DNA of 64,000 nt from an uncultured Candidatus Saccharibacteria bacterium (GCA_964568775.1 CAZMQW010000004.1:164-64163); one strand, 5' to 3'; shown: positions 35,495 through 44,640, counted from the first letter of the stretch. A program made the numbers and translations. Notes: generated by a model from the sequence alone, not told the origin.

Positions 35495-36229
35495 TTATCT
35501 TCCCCAGCGGAACAGATTCTTTACCCAGCCGAATACGCCCTGGCTGTTATTTTCTCTTTCAGCCAGCTCTTGGAGTCTGGCCTGCTCCTGTTCCATTTTC
35601 TGGATTTGTTCCTGCATCATAGTTCTGACTTCTTCGTTACAGGCAACACAATCTTCTCTCAATTGTTTGAGCTCCTGAACTCTTTCCTGGTTCTGGTTTA
35701 TCTCCTGCTTCATTTCTTGGGCCGCTTCTTTTTCACCGCCCATGAAGAACCTGACAAAAGTATTTCTCTTTTGTATTTTTTCTTCAGCCACAATGGTTGC
35801 CTGGACGGAATTGTTGAATTCCTGAGCGATTACAGAAACCTGAGGGCCGATGCCGGGAGCCAAGTCTTCTATCGCCAACAAGGCGTGGATCGCTTCCCTG
35901 GCTTTGTTCTGATTCTGGTACACTTTCTGCTGGACCCCGCTTAGAGTTTCAACCTCCTGGGCCATTTCTTGCTCTCTCTGCTGGATCATCTCTCTGGCCT
36001 GGATGGTGTTAACGGCTCTTTCCGGCGCTTCCAATATAAAAGGTCCGGCCTCTTCCCTAATCTGAGCCTGCTGCTCGGTCCTTATCTGCTGCTCCTGGCC
36101 CTGATTCTGCGTCTGCTGTTCTGTCTGTACTTGCTGCGCTTGCTGGATTCCCTGTTGACCGGTCTGGGCGGCCAAAGCCGCCGAACCGATCAAGGTAAGG
36201 GCCAACAATGGTATTATTAGTTTTTTCAT
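35495..36229 (-). CDS. secreted Gln/Glu-rich coiled-coil protein (244 aa)
   Basis: Signal peptide MKKLIIPLLALTLIGSAALA and a Q/E-rich low-complexity body. Confidence 0.55.
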   Translation of the reverse strand: MKKLIIPLLALTLIGSAALAAQTGQQGIQQAQQVQTEQQTQNQGQEQQIRTEQQAQIREEAGPFILEAPERAVNTIQAREMIQQREQEMAQEVETLSGVQQKVYQNQNKAREAIHALLAIEDLAPGIGPQVSVIAQEFNNSVQATIVAEEKIQKRNTFVRFFMGGEKEAAQEMKQEINQNQERVQELKQLREDCVACNEEVRTMMQEQIQKMEQEQARLQELAERENNSQGVFGWVKNLFRWGR

Positions 36230-36288
36230 ATGTGTTGAATGCGAAAAATAATTATCGACCTTTCCTCTTTTTTATAGCAAAAGAGTTT

Positions 36289-36483
36289 CTATTTGGCAAT
36301 TTGTTTTACAAAGTTGCTGATCGAACGATCATAGGTTTTCTCCGCTTCTTTGGAAAAATAGCAAGCGGGTAACTCACCCTTCTCCCGGTGGTGTTTGATG
36401 CATTCGCAGCAAATCCCTTTCCGCGGACAGCCCGGATAGGTGCAGGGGCAGTCTTTTAAGTTTTGCTCTTTTTGGCATTCCAT
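36289..36483 (-). CDS. small Cys-rich protein (64 aa)
   Basis: [27 protein letters not shown] lies 6 nt upstream of the ATG. Confidence 0.55.
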   Translation of the reverse strand: MECQKEQNLKDCPCTYPGCPRKGICCECIKHHREKGELPACYFSKEAEKTYDRSISNFVKQIAK

Positions 36484-36501
36484 ATATTTATCTTAGCAAA
36501 A

Positions 36502-37653
36502 TCAGCCTATCTTGGCTTGTCTCCTGGTGTAAAAGTAAAAAACAGTCCCGCCTAAAAATTCAATCAGCCCGGCCGTGCAGAAAACGTACCTAATACTAGA
36601 AGCATCCATTATCGCTCCCAAAAGCAAAGGCGAGACAACGAAACCCGCTGTCATAGCCGTATCCAGAGAACTCATCAAAGTGCCCATGCCCATATTTTTT
36701 CCCAGCAGAACAGTAATGGCGGTAACTGAAGGTATGGCCACGGCCGTGCCAATACCCATTAAAGCGCTGATAAAAATCAGTTCTCTAAAGCTGTCAACGA
36801 ACGGTATCAGCAACAAACCCGTGCCGCCGATCAGAATGCCGATCATAATAAAAGAAAACTTGTTGTATCTGTCAGCCAGCCGGCCGAACACCCTCTGCAG
36901 CGAAATGTTGAAGAATGTATCAACCGCGAACAAGATGCCGATCTTGGAGGCGGTAATATTGATATTGGAAGCAAATAGCGGCAGGAACACCATTAGGCTG
37001 GCCCGGCCCATGGCCATGCTTATCCTGGTAAAAAAAAGTCCTTTAACAATGTTATTTTTGAAAATTGTCCTGAACGGAATAATATCCTCTTTTTTTCTTA
37101 AATTTTTTATATCGGGCAACAAAAACAAAGTGATAAAGAAAGCCGCCAAAGACAGCAAGGCCATAGCGTAAAAAGCAGCGTCAAACCCGAAAACGTCTTT
37201 GAGCAAACCGCCCAGAATCGGGCCCATGCCCATGCCCAAGAATAAAGCAATGTTGAAAGTGCCCATGGAAGCTGCTTCCTTACCTTCTTTCCTGGTCTCC
37301 CCAACATAAGCCATGGCCACCGGCACAATCATGGCCGAGGTAAACCCGTGAATGATTCTAACCACGGCCAAAGAATAAATGCTGTCGGCCAAAAGATAAA
37401 ACAGGGAAATGACCGCGTAGCCCAGCAATCCCCAGACAATGAATTTTTTCCTGCCTTTCAAATCGGAAATCCGGCCGATGATCGGCAGTAATATCAGGCG
37501 GGACAGGGCAAAGCCGGAGAATATCACTCCCAGCCAAAGACCGCCAGCTCCCAAACTCTCAGCATAAATCGGCATTAAAGGGGTTATAATGCCGATGCCT
37601 AACATGGAAGCAAAGACAGCTACGAATAATGTGTTGAATATTTTCTTATGCAT
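36502..37653 (-). CDS. MFS transporter
   Basis: 12 TM-like segments and GRISDLKGRKK (MFS motif A-like). I chose the start at ATG 37653. Confidence 0.8.
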   Translation of the reverse strand: MHKKIFNTLFVAVFASMLGIGIITPLMPIYAESLGAGGLWLGVIFSGFALSRLILLPIIGRISDLKGRKKFIVWGLLGYAVISLFYLLADSIYSLAVVRIIHGFTSAMIVPVAMAYVGETRKEGKEAASMGTFNIALFLGMGMGPILGGLLKDVFGFDAAFYAMALLSLAAFFITLFLLPDIKNLRKKEDIIPFRTIFKNNIVKGLFFTRISMAMGRASLMVFLPLFASNINITASKIGILFAVDTFFNISLQRVFGRLADRYNKFSFIMIGILIGGTGLLLIPFVDSFRELIFISALMGIGTAVAIPSVTAITVLLGKNMGMGTLMSSLDTAMTAGFVVSPLLLGAIMDASSIRYVFCTAGLIEFLGGTVFYFYTRRQAKIG

Positions 37654-37731
37654 AAACGTCAACGTTTATTTTATCAGTTAAACAAAGCTAAGGCAAGAAA
37701 AAACCGCTCTTTGAGCGATTTCCGGCCAAAT

Positions 37732-38268
37732 TCAGTCTGCCAGAACAAAACGCCATTTTCTCTTTGACCAGTAGGGGCCCGCGTAATCTATGCCGATACG
37801 GGCCGTGGCTTTAATTTGAGATGGTTTTACCGCCTCTCCCCTATCTTCCAGCCAGATTCTTTTGCTTTTAGTTAAATCTTCCCCGTAAAATGATTTGTCC
37901 AGTTTCAGATAGCGGCAAAGCTTGCCCGGGCCGGATGTTTCTTTCCCCTGGTCAAGCGCCCTGATTAAAACGCATTCGGGCTCGTTTTTTTGGCCCGTGG
38001 AAATATTGAACTGCCAGTACATGCCGTAAACCAGATAAATGTAGATATGCCCGCCCACCAGATACTCGGCCTTGTTACGCTCGGTCATCTTTCCTTTGAA
38101 AGCGTGGGAAGCTTTGTCTTGGGGTCCGATGTAGGCTTCGGTTTCTGTAATCTTGCCGACTATCCTTTTACGCCCTACTTTTCTGACAATGCATCTGCCC
38201 AAAAGCTTTTTGGCCGCGGTTAAAGTCGGCTGGGTATAAAAACTCCTGGCCAGTCTTTCATGTTTCAT
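37732..38268 (-). CDS. mpg: DNA-3-methyladenine glycosylase (Mpg/AAG family)
   Basis: FYTQPTLTAAKKLLG..., ITETEAYIGPQDKASHA, and GHIYIYLVYGMYWQFN. The N-terminal 75 aa of the track ORF overlap the upstream gene and are rejected. Confidence 0.85.
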   Translation of the reverse strand: MKHERLARSFYTQPTLTAAKKLLGRCIVRKVGRKRIVGKITETEAYIGPQDKASHAFKGKMTERNKAEYLVGGHIYIYLVYGMYWQFNISTGQKNEPECVLIRALDQGKETSGPGKLCRYLKLDKSFYGEDLTKSKRIWLEDRGEAVKPSQIKATARIGIDYAGPYWSKRKWRFVLAD

Positions 38269-38269
38269 T

Positions 38270-38896
38270 TTACTCTCCCGGTTTAAAGCTTCTGGCCATC
38301 TGATAGAACAGATTCCGATAAGCTGACCAGGCATTCTGGTAGGCGTTGAAAGAGAGACCCCAGATAGTGCCGTCAGCCTCTTCAACAAAAACCAGCAGGG
38401 TTTTGAAATCAATTTCCTCCTGGGTGCTCTCAATTTCAATAAAATAAGCGGCATTCCCGTTAATTGTCTCTTCTTTCTCCTCGGTAAACTCAATAATGGG
38501 GATTGCCTGGGTTAAAGATTCTTTGATGCTGACAGCATACTCTTGCACGTTATTCAGGCCTTGATATATCCCCAAATCGTCGTTCTTGATAGTCAGGTTG
38601 GTCCTGAAATTAATCTCCTGGTTTGAAATCTCTTCCTGTCCGTCAACCGCCATAAACAAAATGCTGTAAGGAGGCTCGGCATCTTCCTGCCAGCCGGGCG
38701 GCAAAATTATCTCAAAACCTTCTTTTGCTAAAAGGGTTTCTCCTAACACTTTTGTTGCCTCCGGCCCTCCAGTAACTTCCTCATCTAAAACCAAAGGAGT
38801 CCCTTCTTCCTGCGGTCTGTTTAAATAATAGTGAGTAGCTACCGCTGCAGCAACCAGCACAACTATAACGATGGTAATGATAATTTTTGAGTTCAT
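38270..38896 (-). CDS. hypothetical membrane-anchored extracytoplasmic protein (208 aa)
   Basis: N-terminal TM segment. TAGAAT lies 7 nt upstream of the ATG. Confidence 0.55.
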   Translation of the reverse strand: MNSKIIITIVIVVLVAAAVATHYYLNRPQEEGTPLVLDEEVTGGPEATKVLGETLLAKEGFEIILPPGWQEDAEPPYSILFMAVDGQEEISNQEINFRTNLTIKNDDLGIYQGLNNVQEYAVSIKESLTQAIPIIEFTEEKEETINGNAAYFIEIESTQEEIDFKTLLVFVEEADGTIWGLSFNAYQNAWSAYRNLFYQMARSFKPGE

Positions 38897-38925
38897 CTTC
38901 TTAATTCTACCAAAAAATCGTCTTT

Positions 38926-39345
38926 TTACAAATCAACCAAATAATTTTTTAAGAATTGCTCAACCGCCATAACGGTTTCTTTTTTTAACTTGGGCGGACT
39001 TTCAGCCACCCAAACTGCAAAATTATAGAGTTCTTTATTGTCAACTTTCAACCACCTCTTGTTTTTATGAAGAAAAAGAAAGAGCGTCGTCATAGCGACT
39101 CTCTTATTGCTATTCTGGAAGGGGTGATTTTTAACCATCAAATAAAAAAGAATCGCCGCCTTCCCGGTGAATCCTTTATAAACCGGCTTTCTTTCAAACG
39201 TCTGAAAAGGAACTATCAGAGAACTTTCCAAAATATTGGGGAAACGAGTGGTAAAATCAGGTATCGGCTCGCTGTAGGTCATTAATTCTCTGGCCAGTCT
39301 AAAGGCAGTGTATTCCACTTCGGCAACAGATAAGGTTTTTATCAT
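38926..39345 (-). CDS. doc: Fic/Doc-family toxin (death-on-curing-like)
   Basis: HPFQNSNKRVA matches the Doc variant of the Fic motif. 4-nt overlap with the upstream HTH gene. Confidence 0.7.
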   Translation of the reverse strand: MIKTLSVAEVEYTAFRLARELMTYSEPIPDFTTRFPNILESSLIVPFQTFERKPVYKGFTGKAAILFYLMVKNHPFQNSNKRVAMTTLFLFLHKNKRWLKVDNKELYNFAVWVAESPPKLKKETVMAVEQFLKNYLVDL

Positions 39346-39599
39346 GTCGTACCAAGTAATTTTAATGTTTCTTTGTACTCGGCAACCGTTTTCTTAACCG
39401 CTTTTTCAACCTCTAGTTTTTCCTGCTTGCTCAGCTCTTTTCCCAGAATCTCCCCCACATCCTTCTTGTCAATAATGAAATTCCGGCCAACCTTTGTCGC
39501 TTTAATTTTCCCGCCCTTAATCTTTTTAAAAACCGCTATCCGGCTAATACCCAATATCTTTGCTAATTCGGTTGTTGAAAGGAATTTTTTGTCTTCCAT
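39342..39599 (-). CDS. excisionase/MerR-type HTH protein, probable antitoxin of Doc
   Basis: LSTTELAKILGISRIAVFKKIKGGKIKATKVGRNFIIDKKDV. Confidence 0.6.
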   Translation of the reverse strand: MEDKKFLSTTELAKILGISRIAVFKKIKGGKIKATKVGRNFIIDKKDVGEILGKELSKQEKLEVEKAVKKTVAEYKETLKLLGTT

Positions 39600-39666
39600 G
39601 ATAAAATTTATTAGGTTAACGCTCTGTTATCAGATTAACATATGTTAACATGCTTGTCAATGGTTT

Positions 39667-40149
39667 TTAGAAAAATGAGCCGATAAAGAAACCGATAATT
39701 ATCAAAGCGAGAATCAACCTGATAAGCGTGCCGAAAAAGAAACCGACGAAAGTGCCCAGAGCCGACTTGAAAGCCTGTTTCTTTTCCCGGCCCGTGGCCA
39801 GCTCGCCCAAGAAAGCGCCGACAAACGGCCCCACGATTATTCCCCAAAAGCCCAAAACAACCAATCCAGCCGCCAATCCCAGAAAAGCTCCCAGAATGCC
39901 TAACTTACCAGCCTGGTATTTCTTAGCTCCCAGCAAAGGAGCCAGAAAGTCCAAAGCCAGCACTACTGCCGTCAGCCCGAAAAAGACTAAAACAGCCAGC
40001 AAAGAAATCTGGCTGAACCCGGTGGCTGCAGCGTAAATGAAAAAACCCAGCCAGACCAATATAACACCGGGCAGAAAGGGCAAGATTACTCCGGCCAGGC
40101 CGGCCAGCATTAATACAGCTGCCAGGATAATTAGTATTATCTCGCTCAT
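39667..40149 (-). CDS. DUF456-like membrane protein
   Basis: Four hydrophobic segments. LAGLAGVILPFLPGVILVWLGFFIYA. Confidence 0.65.
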   Translation of the reverse strand: MSEIILIILAAVLMLAGLAGVILPFLPGVILVWLGFFIYAAATGFSQISLLAVLVFFGLTAVVLALDFLAPLLGAKKYQAGKLGILGAFLGLAAGLVVLGFWGIIVGPFVGAFLGELATGREKKQAFKSALGTFVGFFFGTLIRLILALIIIGFFIGSFF

Positions 40150-40153
40150 TTAA

Positions 40154-40708
40154 CTATTTGAAATAGATGGTGAATTCCAGCGCGTCGTCGTGCTCGGGCA
40201 AACCCGAGGGATTGTCTTTCTGGAAAATAATGGCTCCTCTTTTCATGAAATCGGGCGCTCCCTCGTAATAAGGATTTTCAAACTCCAAAACAGCGGTGAA
40301 GGGCACGAATTCCTCGGTCATCCAGTCGCTCTGGGCCGTGGCAATCGCTTCAGCAATAATCAAACCGTCCCAATCGGTCAAAACGATCGGGAAATCCGCC
40401 TCAAAGAACCAGTAGCCCCGAGCCTCTCCCCTGACTTCTAAGGGACTGCTGACGACTGAATTGGGCCGCGGATTGTCTGCCCGAATCAAGTCAATCTTTT
40501 CCAGTTCGTTGCCGATATCTTCAATAAAGGTTATGTCCCCGGCCCGGCACTGCCTGGGATAAGACTCCATAACAGCATAACCGGCCTCAATACATTCATT
40601 AAAGCTTTCGATGCTGATTTCTGATTGCTTTTTTGATTGAAAACCGAAGTAATAGACAGCGCCTATAACGATCAAAATCAAAATTATTATCAAAACTTTG
40701 TTTCTCAT
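40154..40708 (-). CDS. secreted protein with a Gmad2-type Ig-like domain
   Basis: SSPLEVRGEARGYWFFEADFPIVLTDWDG. TAAGAT lies 6 nt upstream of the ATG. Confidence 0.55.
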   Translation of the reverse strand: MRNKVLIIILILIVIGAVYYFGFQSKKQSEISIESFNECIEAGYAVMESYPRQCRAGDITFIEDIGNELEKIDLIRADNPRPNSVVSSPLEVRGEARGYWFFEADFPIVLTDWDGLIIAEAIATAQSDWMTEEFVPFTAVLEFENPYYEGAPDFMKRGAIIFQKDNPSGLPEHDDALEFTIYFK

Positions 40709-40742
40709 GTTTTTATCTTACCAAAAAAGCATTGGTTTGGCT

Positions 40743-40770
40743 AAAAAGAAACCGCCGAATATCGGCGGCT
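40743..40770 (-). terminator. intrinsic terminator
   Basis: CCGCCGA (40752-40758) pairs with TCGGCGG (40762-40768). A T-rich run follows on minus. Confidence 0.6.
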
Positions 40771-40779
40771 TCTTTCACC

Positions 40780-40866
40780 CTATTTTTCGGGTTTTGGCTT
40801 CTTGGCCATTTTTTTGAGCTCCCGTTTTCTGAAGCTCCATTTAGAAGAGGCCACTGGAGCGACCAT
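40780..40866 (-). CDS. possible 28-aa basic peptide inside an orphan promoter-terminator unit (could instead be an sRNA)
   Basis: Hand translation gives MVAPVASSKWSFRKRELKKMAKKPKPEK. No good SD. Confidence 0.2.
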   Translation of the reverse strand: MVAPVASSKWSFRKRELKKMAKKPKPEK

Positions 40867-40891
40867 TTCCGTTGGAGCCTCTAGCAAGCAA

Positions 40892-40919
40892 ATTATAGCC
40901 TGGCCGAAACCCCTGTCAA
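40892..40919 (-). promoter_or_regulatory. consensus sigma70 promoter
   Basis: On minus: TTGACA (40919-40914), 16-nt spacer, TATAAT (40897-40892). Confidence 0.55.
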
Positions 40920-40972
40920 TAGGTCTTGAGGGTATGGGAAATGAAATGAATAAGATTCTTTTTCCTGTTATT

Positions 40973-41197
40973 TTAAATCCCGTTTATTTTGAAAATCTTG
41001 TTTCTTTCTCGGAAGCCCTTGACTATTCTTATTTTTGATTCGGGAATCCTGAAATAAAGAGCCAGGCTTTTCACCACCGCCCTGTTGGCCAGACCCATGA
41101 CGGGCTTTTCTTTTACCTTTACCTCAAAACCGTCTTCTGCCTTCTTAATAATCTCTTCCTTTTTCGAATTCGGAAAGACTTTAACCTTTATCAGCAT
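40973..41197 (-). CDS. DUF167/YggU-like protein
   Basis: IKVKVFPNSKKEEI...KEKPVMGLANRAVVKSLALYF. Confidence 0.7.
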   Translation of the reverse strand: MLIKVKVFPNSKKEEIIKKAEDGFEVKVKEKPVMGLANRAVVKSLALYFRIPESKIRIVKGFRERNKIFKINGI

Positions 41198-41609
41198 ATT
41201 TATTCAGGCAAAAGCCGGCAATCGCCGCAATAATGATAAAATAGCCGATGGTCAGATACCAGCTGTCGATATAAACCGTAATATAACGGTGGGCCAGGCT
41301 AGGCACCCAGGTTGAACTGCCCCAGGCGTGACCCAAAAAGAAACTCAGGGCCACTATGATGTTCAGCGGCCTTTTCAGGTTGATTATTAAAAAAGAAACG
41401 AAAAGGAGATAGAAAATGAAGAACAAAATGAAATAGCCCGGGTGCAAAACCAGCAAGGAAGCGCCCAAGGGACCGCCTTCGTTAAAAAGGCCGTAATTCT
41501 GCCAATAGTATTCCGACTGGCCGGCCAGAGTGAAAATCAAATCCAGCGCCATGACCAAGACAACCGGAACGATAAATGGAATATTGGATTTAGAAAAAGG
41601 ATTTTTCAT
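41181..41609 (-). CDS. hypothetical polytopic membrane protein (142 aa)
   Basis: Four hydrophobic segments. Confidence 0.55.
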   Translation of the reverse strand: MKNPFSKSNIPFIVPVVLVMALDLIFTLAGQSEYYWQNYGLFNEGGPLGASLLVLHPGYFILFFIFYLLFVSFLIINLKRPLNIIVALSFFLGHAWGSSTWVPSLAHRYITVYIDSWYLTIGYFIIIAAIAGFCLNKYADKG

Positions 41610-41614
41610 TGATA

Positions 41615-42451
41615 TTATCTTAACAGGGTCTTCGCCTCTTTAACCAAGGCGCCAATCTTTTTGACCGGTATATTGAAAGCTCGGCCGAATCTCTGCGTGT
41701 TTATCTTCAAAACGTCCTCGGCCAGCATTATGTTCCTGCGGATGAATGCTTCTTTGACGTATCCTCTCAACGAAGGAAGAATGGTCACGGGATAAAGCTT
41801 TCTTTCCTCTATCAGACGCTCCAATCCCCTGTTCCTGGGAAACTTCCAGCCCAGAAGCTCAATGCCCGCGCATAAGGCGTATTTTACGGCCCGGTTGGTG
41901 AACTTGGTGTTGGTCACCATAATTGTCTTTGTTTCCAGCCTTTTTCCTTTAAATCGTGAACCTCCTTTAATATCGAGGTAGCGGGCGTAGTTGGCTAGCA
42001 CATCCTTGGTATGGACTCTTTCGCCAGGCAGGTTGCGGTATTTGCACTCGCCGACATAAAAGACATTACCCTTCTTAGCTGTAAAGTCTATTTCGTGGCC
42101 GGACAGGCACCGGCCCGACAAATACTGGTTCGTTTTGACTTTAAACCCCTCTTCCCTGAAGATTTCTCCAATGTACTTTTCAAAAGGAAACCCGGTCGGC
42201 CCCAGCTTCCTCATCCCGTCCTTTAAAGAAAACCTCAAAGCCGACTGGTTGTTTTTCTTGGCCAGTAGACTTTTTACCCGGTTGAAGATGCGGGACGTCT
42301 TCATCCCGGGCCGAACCTCTTTTTGTACGGTCCCGGCTATTTCTTCAGCCAAAGACCGGGAAGCGCCGACCCTCCTGGCCGAATCGTAAACCTTTTTGAA
42401 AGAAAAAGGCTCTTTTTCGCTTCTTGAATTAATAATATAAATGGGAACCAT
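41615..42451 (-). CDS. ATP-cone domain fused to an Mrr-like PD-(D/E)xK endonuclease domain
   Basis: The N-terminal KEPFSFKKVYDSARRVGAS...AEEIAGTVQKEV is ATP-cone-like. It is followed by FEKYIGEIFREEGF...GHEIDF...VGECKY. Confidence 0.65.
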   Translation of the reverse strand: MVPIYIINSRSEKEPFSFKKVYDSARRVGASRSLAEEIAGTVQKEVRPGMKTSRIFNRVKSLLAKKNNQSALRFSLKDGMRKLGPTGFPFEKYIGEIFREEGFKVKTNQYLSGRCLSGHEIDFTAKKGNVFYVGECKYRNLPGERVHTKDVLANYARYLDIKGGSRFKGKRLETKTIMVTNTKFTNRAVKYALCAGIELLGWKFPRNRGLERLIEERKLYPVTILPSLRGYVKEAFIRRNIMLAEDVLKINTQRFGRAFNIPVKKIGALVKEAKTLLR

Positions 42452-42464
42452 TTGGGTATTTCTT

Positions 42465-42650
42465 TTAAGGTGATCCTATGCCCAGGTCTCGACAAATTTT
42501 CTTAGCTAAAAAGTTATCGATTTCGTTATGCCGAGGAACAGTAGATGATTTCTTCACCAAAGGATTAAAAAAGACGCTGTGTTTAGCGCCTTCTCTAACA
42601 AGAATGCAATTATTTTTTACAATATGCCTGATTAAACCGTTCCGTCTCAT
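42465..42650 (-). CDS. hicA: HicA-family mRNA interferase toxin
   Basis: REGAKHSVFFNP...STVPRHNEIDNFLAKKICRDLGI. Confidence 0.75.
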   Translation of the reverse strand: MRRNGLIRHIVKNNCILVREGAKHSVFFNPLVKKSSTVPRHNEIDNFLAKKICRDLGIGSP

Positions 42651-42871
42651 TTTAAAGAAACCGAAAGGGGTTCCCGGATTACTTTTCCTTTAGGAAGTTC
42701 TTTTTTATTAATAATTCGGTTGGTTTCCAGGATTAGCGAAAGAGCCTCTTTGAGGTTTTCTTTTACCTCCCGCAGACTTCTTCCCTGAGTATTAACCCCG
42801 GGTATCTCTTCCACCCAACCCAAATACCATTTTCCGCTTTTTTTATAGATGGCCGTGAATTGTTTCACCAT
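42647..42871 (-). CDS. hicB: HicB-family antitoxin
   Basis: FTAIYKKSGKWYLGWVEEIPGVNTQGRSLREVKENLKEAL. 4-nt overlap with hicA. Confidence 0.75.
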   Translation of the reverse strand: MVKQFTAIYKKSGKWYLGWVEEIPGVNTQGRSLREVKENLKEALSLILETNRIINKKELPKGKVIREPLSVSLK

Positions 42872-43013
42872 ACATTTTTATTGTATAACGCACTAAAAAT
42901 AGTGTCAACTTCAAGCTGAATTTTGGCTATTTTTGACTTTCCTTGCGGTATAAATTATCGAAAAGAGATCTCTTGAACAGAGAGTTTAAAAATAATAATT
43001 TAAAATCGAAAAC

Positions 43014-43166
43014 CTATTTCTTTGCAATCAGATATATGGACTGGAACCCTACCGCCACCCCCAATCCGATCAATACCCAAGCCAGATCGCTTTTACCAAT
43101 CCACATGGCCTCATTGATTATGACGATAACCGCGATGATCAGCGAAATCCAAGGTAAATATTTCAT
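43014..43166 (-). CDS. possible small membrane protein (50 aa, below the track cutoff)
   Basis: Hand translation gives MKYLPWISLIIAVIVIINEAMWIGKSDLAWVLIGLGVAVGFQSIYLIAKK. Confidence 0.3.
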   Translation of the reverse strand: MKYLPWISLIIAVIVIINEAMWIGKSDLAWVLIGLGVAVGFQSIYLIAKK

Positions 43167-43205
43167 AGATTATTCGTTTTTAATTGTTCGACCTTTAAAC
43201 TTTGG

Positions 43206-43526
43206 TTACTTTTGGTCTTCTCTCAAGTGCCGCCAGTCCCCGCTCTTGCCATAATACTCCCGCTTCTCGTTCTTCTTGATTTTCTTCATCAACTCCTGGT
43301 AACCATCCTTATCTAGCATTTCCAGTATACTCAAACAATAAATCACTATGTCGATAATTTCCTCAGCTAATTCGTCTTTGTCGTCTTTGCGATAAGCCTT
43401 GACCGCCTCTCCCAACTCTTCGGTCAAAAACAAAAACTCCTTGCTCAAATCGATAGTATTGAAGCCTTTTTTAACTTTATTCTCAAGAATCCTCTTTTGT
43501 AGTTGTTTGATGGTTAATTCGTCCAT
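43206..43526 (-). CDS. MazG-like nucleotide pyrophosphohydrolase
   Basis: LTEELGEAVKAYRK...ELAEEIIDIVIYCL (the EExxE ... ExxD pattern). I chose the start at MDELTIK. Confidence 0.75.
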   Translation of the reverse strand: MDELTIKQLQKRILENKVKKGFNTIDLSKEFLFLTEELGEAVKAYRKDDKDELAEEIIDIVIYCLSILEMLDKDGYQELMKKIKKNEKREYYGKSGDWRHLREDQK

Positions 43527-43527
43527 A

Positions 43528-43701
43528 CTACATACCCAAAGTCTCAAAAGCCCTATAGACCAAAAACGCCGGCCAAACCAAAGCTTTTAAGAATCCCAGT
43601 ATTCCCGTCCAAAAAGTGGGCGCCTGGCTGATGAAATAAACGGCTGCGCCAATCATCCCCAGGCCATAGACCGCGCTGCCGCCGCGAAATATGTGTTTCA
43701 T
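43528..43701 (-). CDS. small membrane protein (57 aa, below the track cutoff)
   Basis: Hand translation gives MKHIFRGGSAVYGLGMIGAAVYFISQAPTFWTGILGFLKALVWPAFLVYRAFETLGM. TTTTTTGGTAGAAT lies 6 nt upstream of the ATG. Confidence 0.45.
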   Translation of the reverse strand: MKHIFRGGSAVYGLGMIGAAVYFISQAPTFWTGILGFLKALVWPAFLVYRAFETLGM

Positions 43702-43751
43702 ATTTTCATTCTACCAAAAAACAGCTCCAAATAAAAACCGCTAGGTAAAAC

Positions 43752-44255
43752 CTAACGGCTCTTTTTTATAACTTTATCTTTACTTATTACTTCGGCAATC
43801 TGATGAATCTCCCAATTATACATGGTGTCGTCCTTTTCCAGACGGGCAAATTCTACTGCATCTTCTTTCTGGGTGAAATAAAGATAAGATAGAAAAGCCC
43901 GAGGGTTTAGACCGATAGGTCCGTCAGCCACAATATCCCAATTTCCCTTTGGCTGAGGCGAAAGAATCCCGAGATCAATCAAAAGGGAGTGCACTTTCTT
44001 TTTCTGGTCATGGAATCTTCCCATGGCAAAATGCTCATGGTAATGCGGCCAGTCAACCTTCGGTTTGTCATTAACTAAACTAATGAATCCTTTGGCGCTT
44101 TCCTCAAAGTCTTTTATCCACTCTTCCTTGGCGCAAGCGATGCAAGTTAAACCGTCTTTAAATATGGTTACCGACAGACCAAGGTAAATAAAAGAAATGT
44201 TCCGGTATTTCCCGGCCTTCGTGTCCTTACATTTCCAGCACAATCCTTTTAACAC
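43752..44255 (-). CDS. hypothetical protein (167 aa) with an N-terminal CxxC...CxxC module
   Basis: SD gaaaGGAGGaagaagGTG. CWKCKD...FIYLG...CIACAKEEW. Confidence 0.55.
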   Translation of the reverse strand: MLKGLCWKCKDTKAGKYRNISFIYLGLSVTIFKDGLTCIACAKEEWIKDFEESAKGFISLVNDKPKVDWPHYHEHFAMGRFHDQKKKVHSLLIDLGILSPQPKGNWDIVADGPIGLNPRAFLSYLYFTQKEDAVEFARLEKDDTMYNWEIHQIAEVISKDKVIKKSR

Positions 44256-44268
44256 CTTCTTCCTCCTT

Positions 44269-44640
44269 TCAACTATCTAAGTTTTCTAAGGCTTTAATAA
44301 AACTGAATTCCGGATACTTTGGCTTGCCGTCTTTATCTCGGATAACGCAATAAGCCTCAGGAATGGCGCAGAGACACTCGACCCATTTTCCACCGGCATT
44401 GCAGTATTGCTTATCACCCTCTATTTTATAGAAGTCGCAGACACCGAAATCAATCTTGTAGGCTTTTTGGAGATAATAAACTAACTGTCGGGCAGACATC
44501 GGATCCCATAGCCAGGCCCCTGGCAGAAGCTCCATTAACTTATCCAGTCTTTCTTTGACGCTGCCAGCTTGTCGCAGGGCTTCAATTAATTCCTTATTCT
44601 CTTCAATCTGTTTAATTGCCTCTTGAACCTGATTTGCCAT
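44269..44640 (-). CDS. hypothetical Cys-containing protein (123 aa)
   Basis: SD ttaaGGAGGtttaaaATG. Confidence 0.55.
   Translation of the reverse strand: MANQVQEAIKQIEENKELIEALRQAGSVKERLDKLMELLPGAWLWDPMSARQLVYYLQKAYKIDFGVCDFYKIEGDKQYCNAGGKWVECLCAIPEAYCVIRDKDGKPKYPEFSFIKALENLDS

Noticed and set aside
38269-38493. 75-aa N-terminal extension of the mpg track ORF
   Set aside because: It overlaps the 3' end of gene 38270..38896. The glycosylase homology begins at MKHERLARSFY (ATG 38268), 1 nt after the upstream stop.
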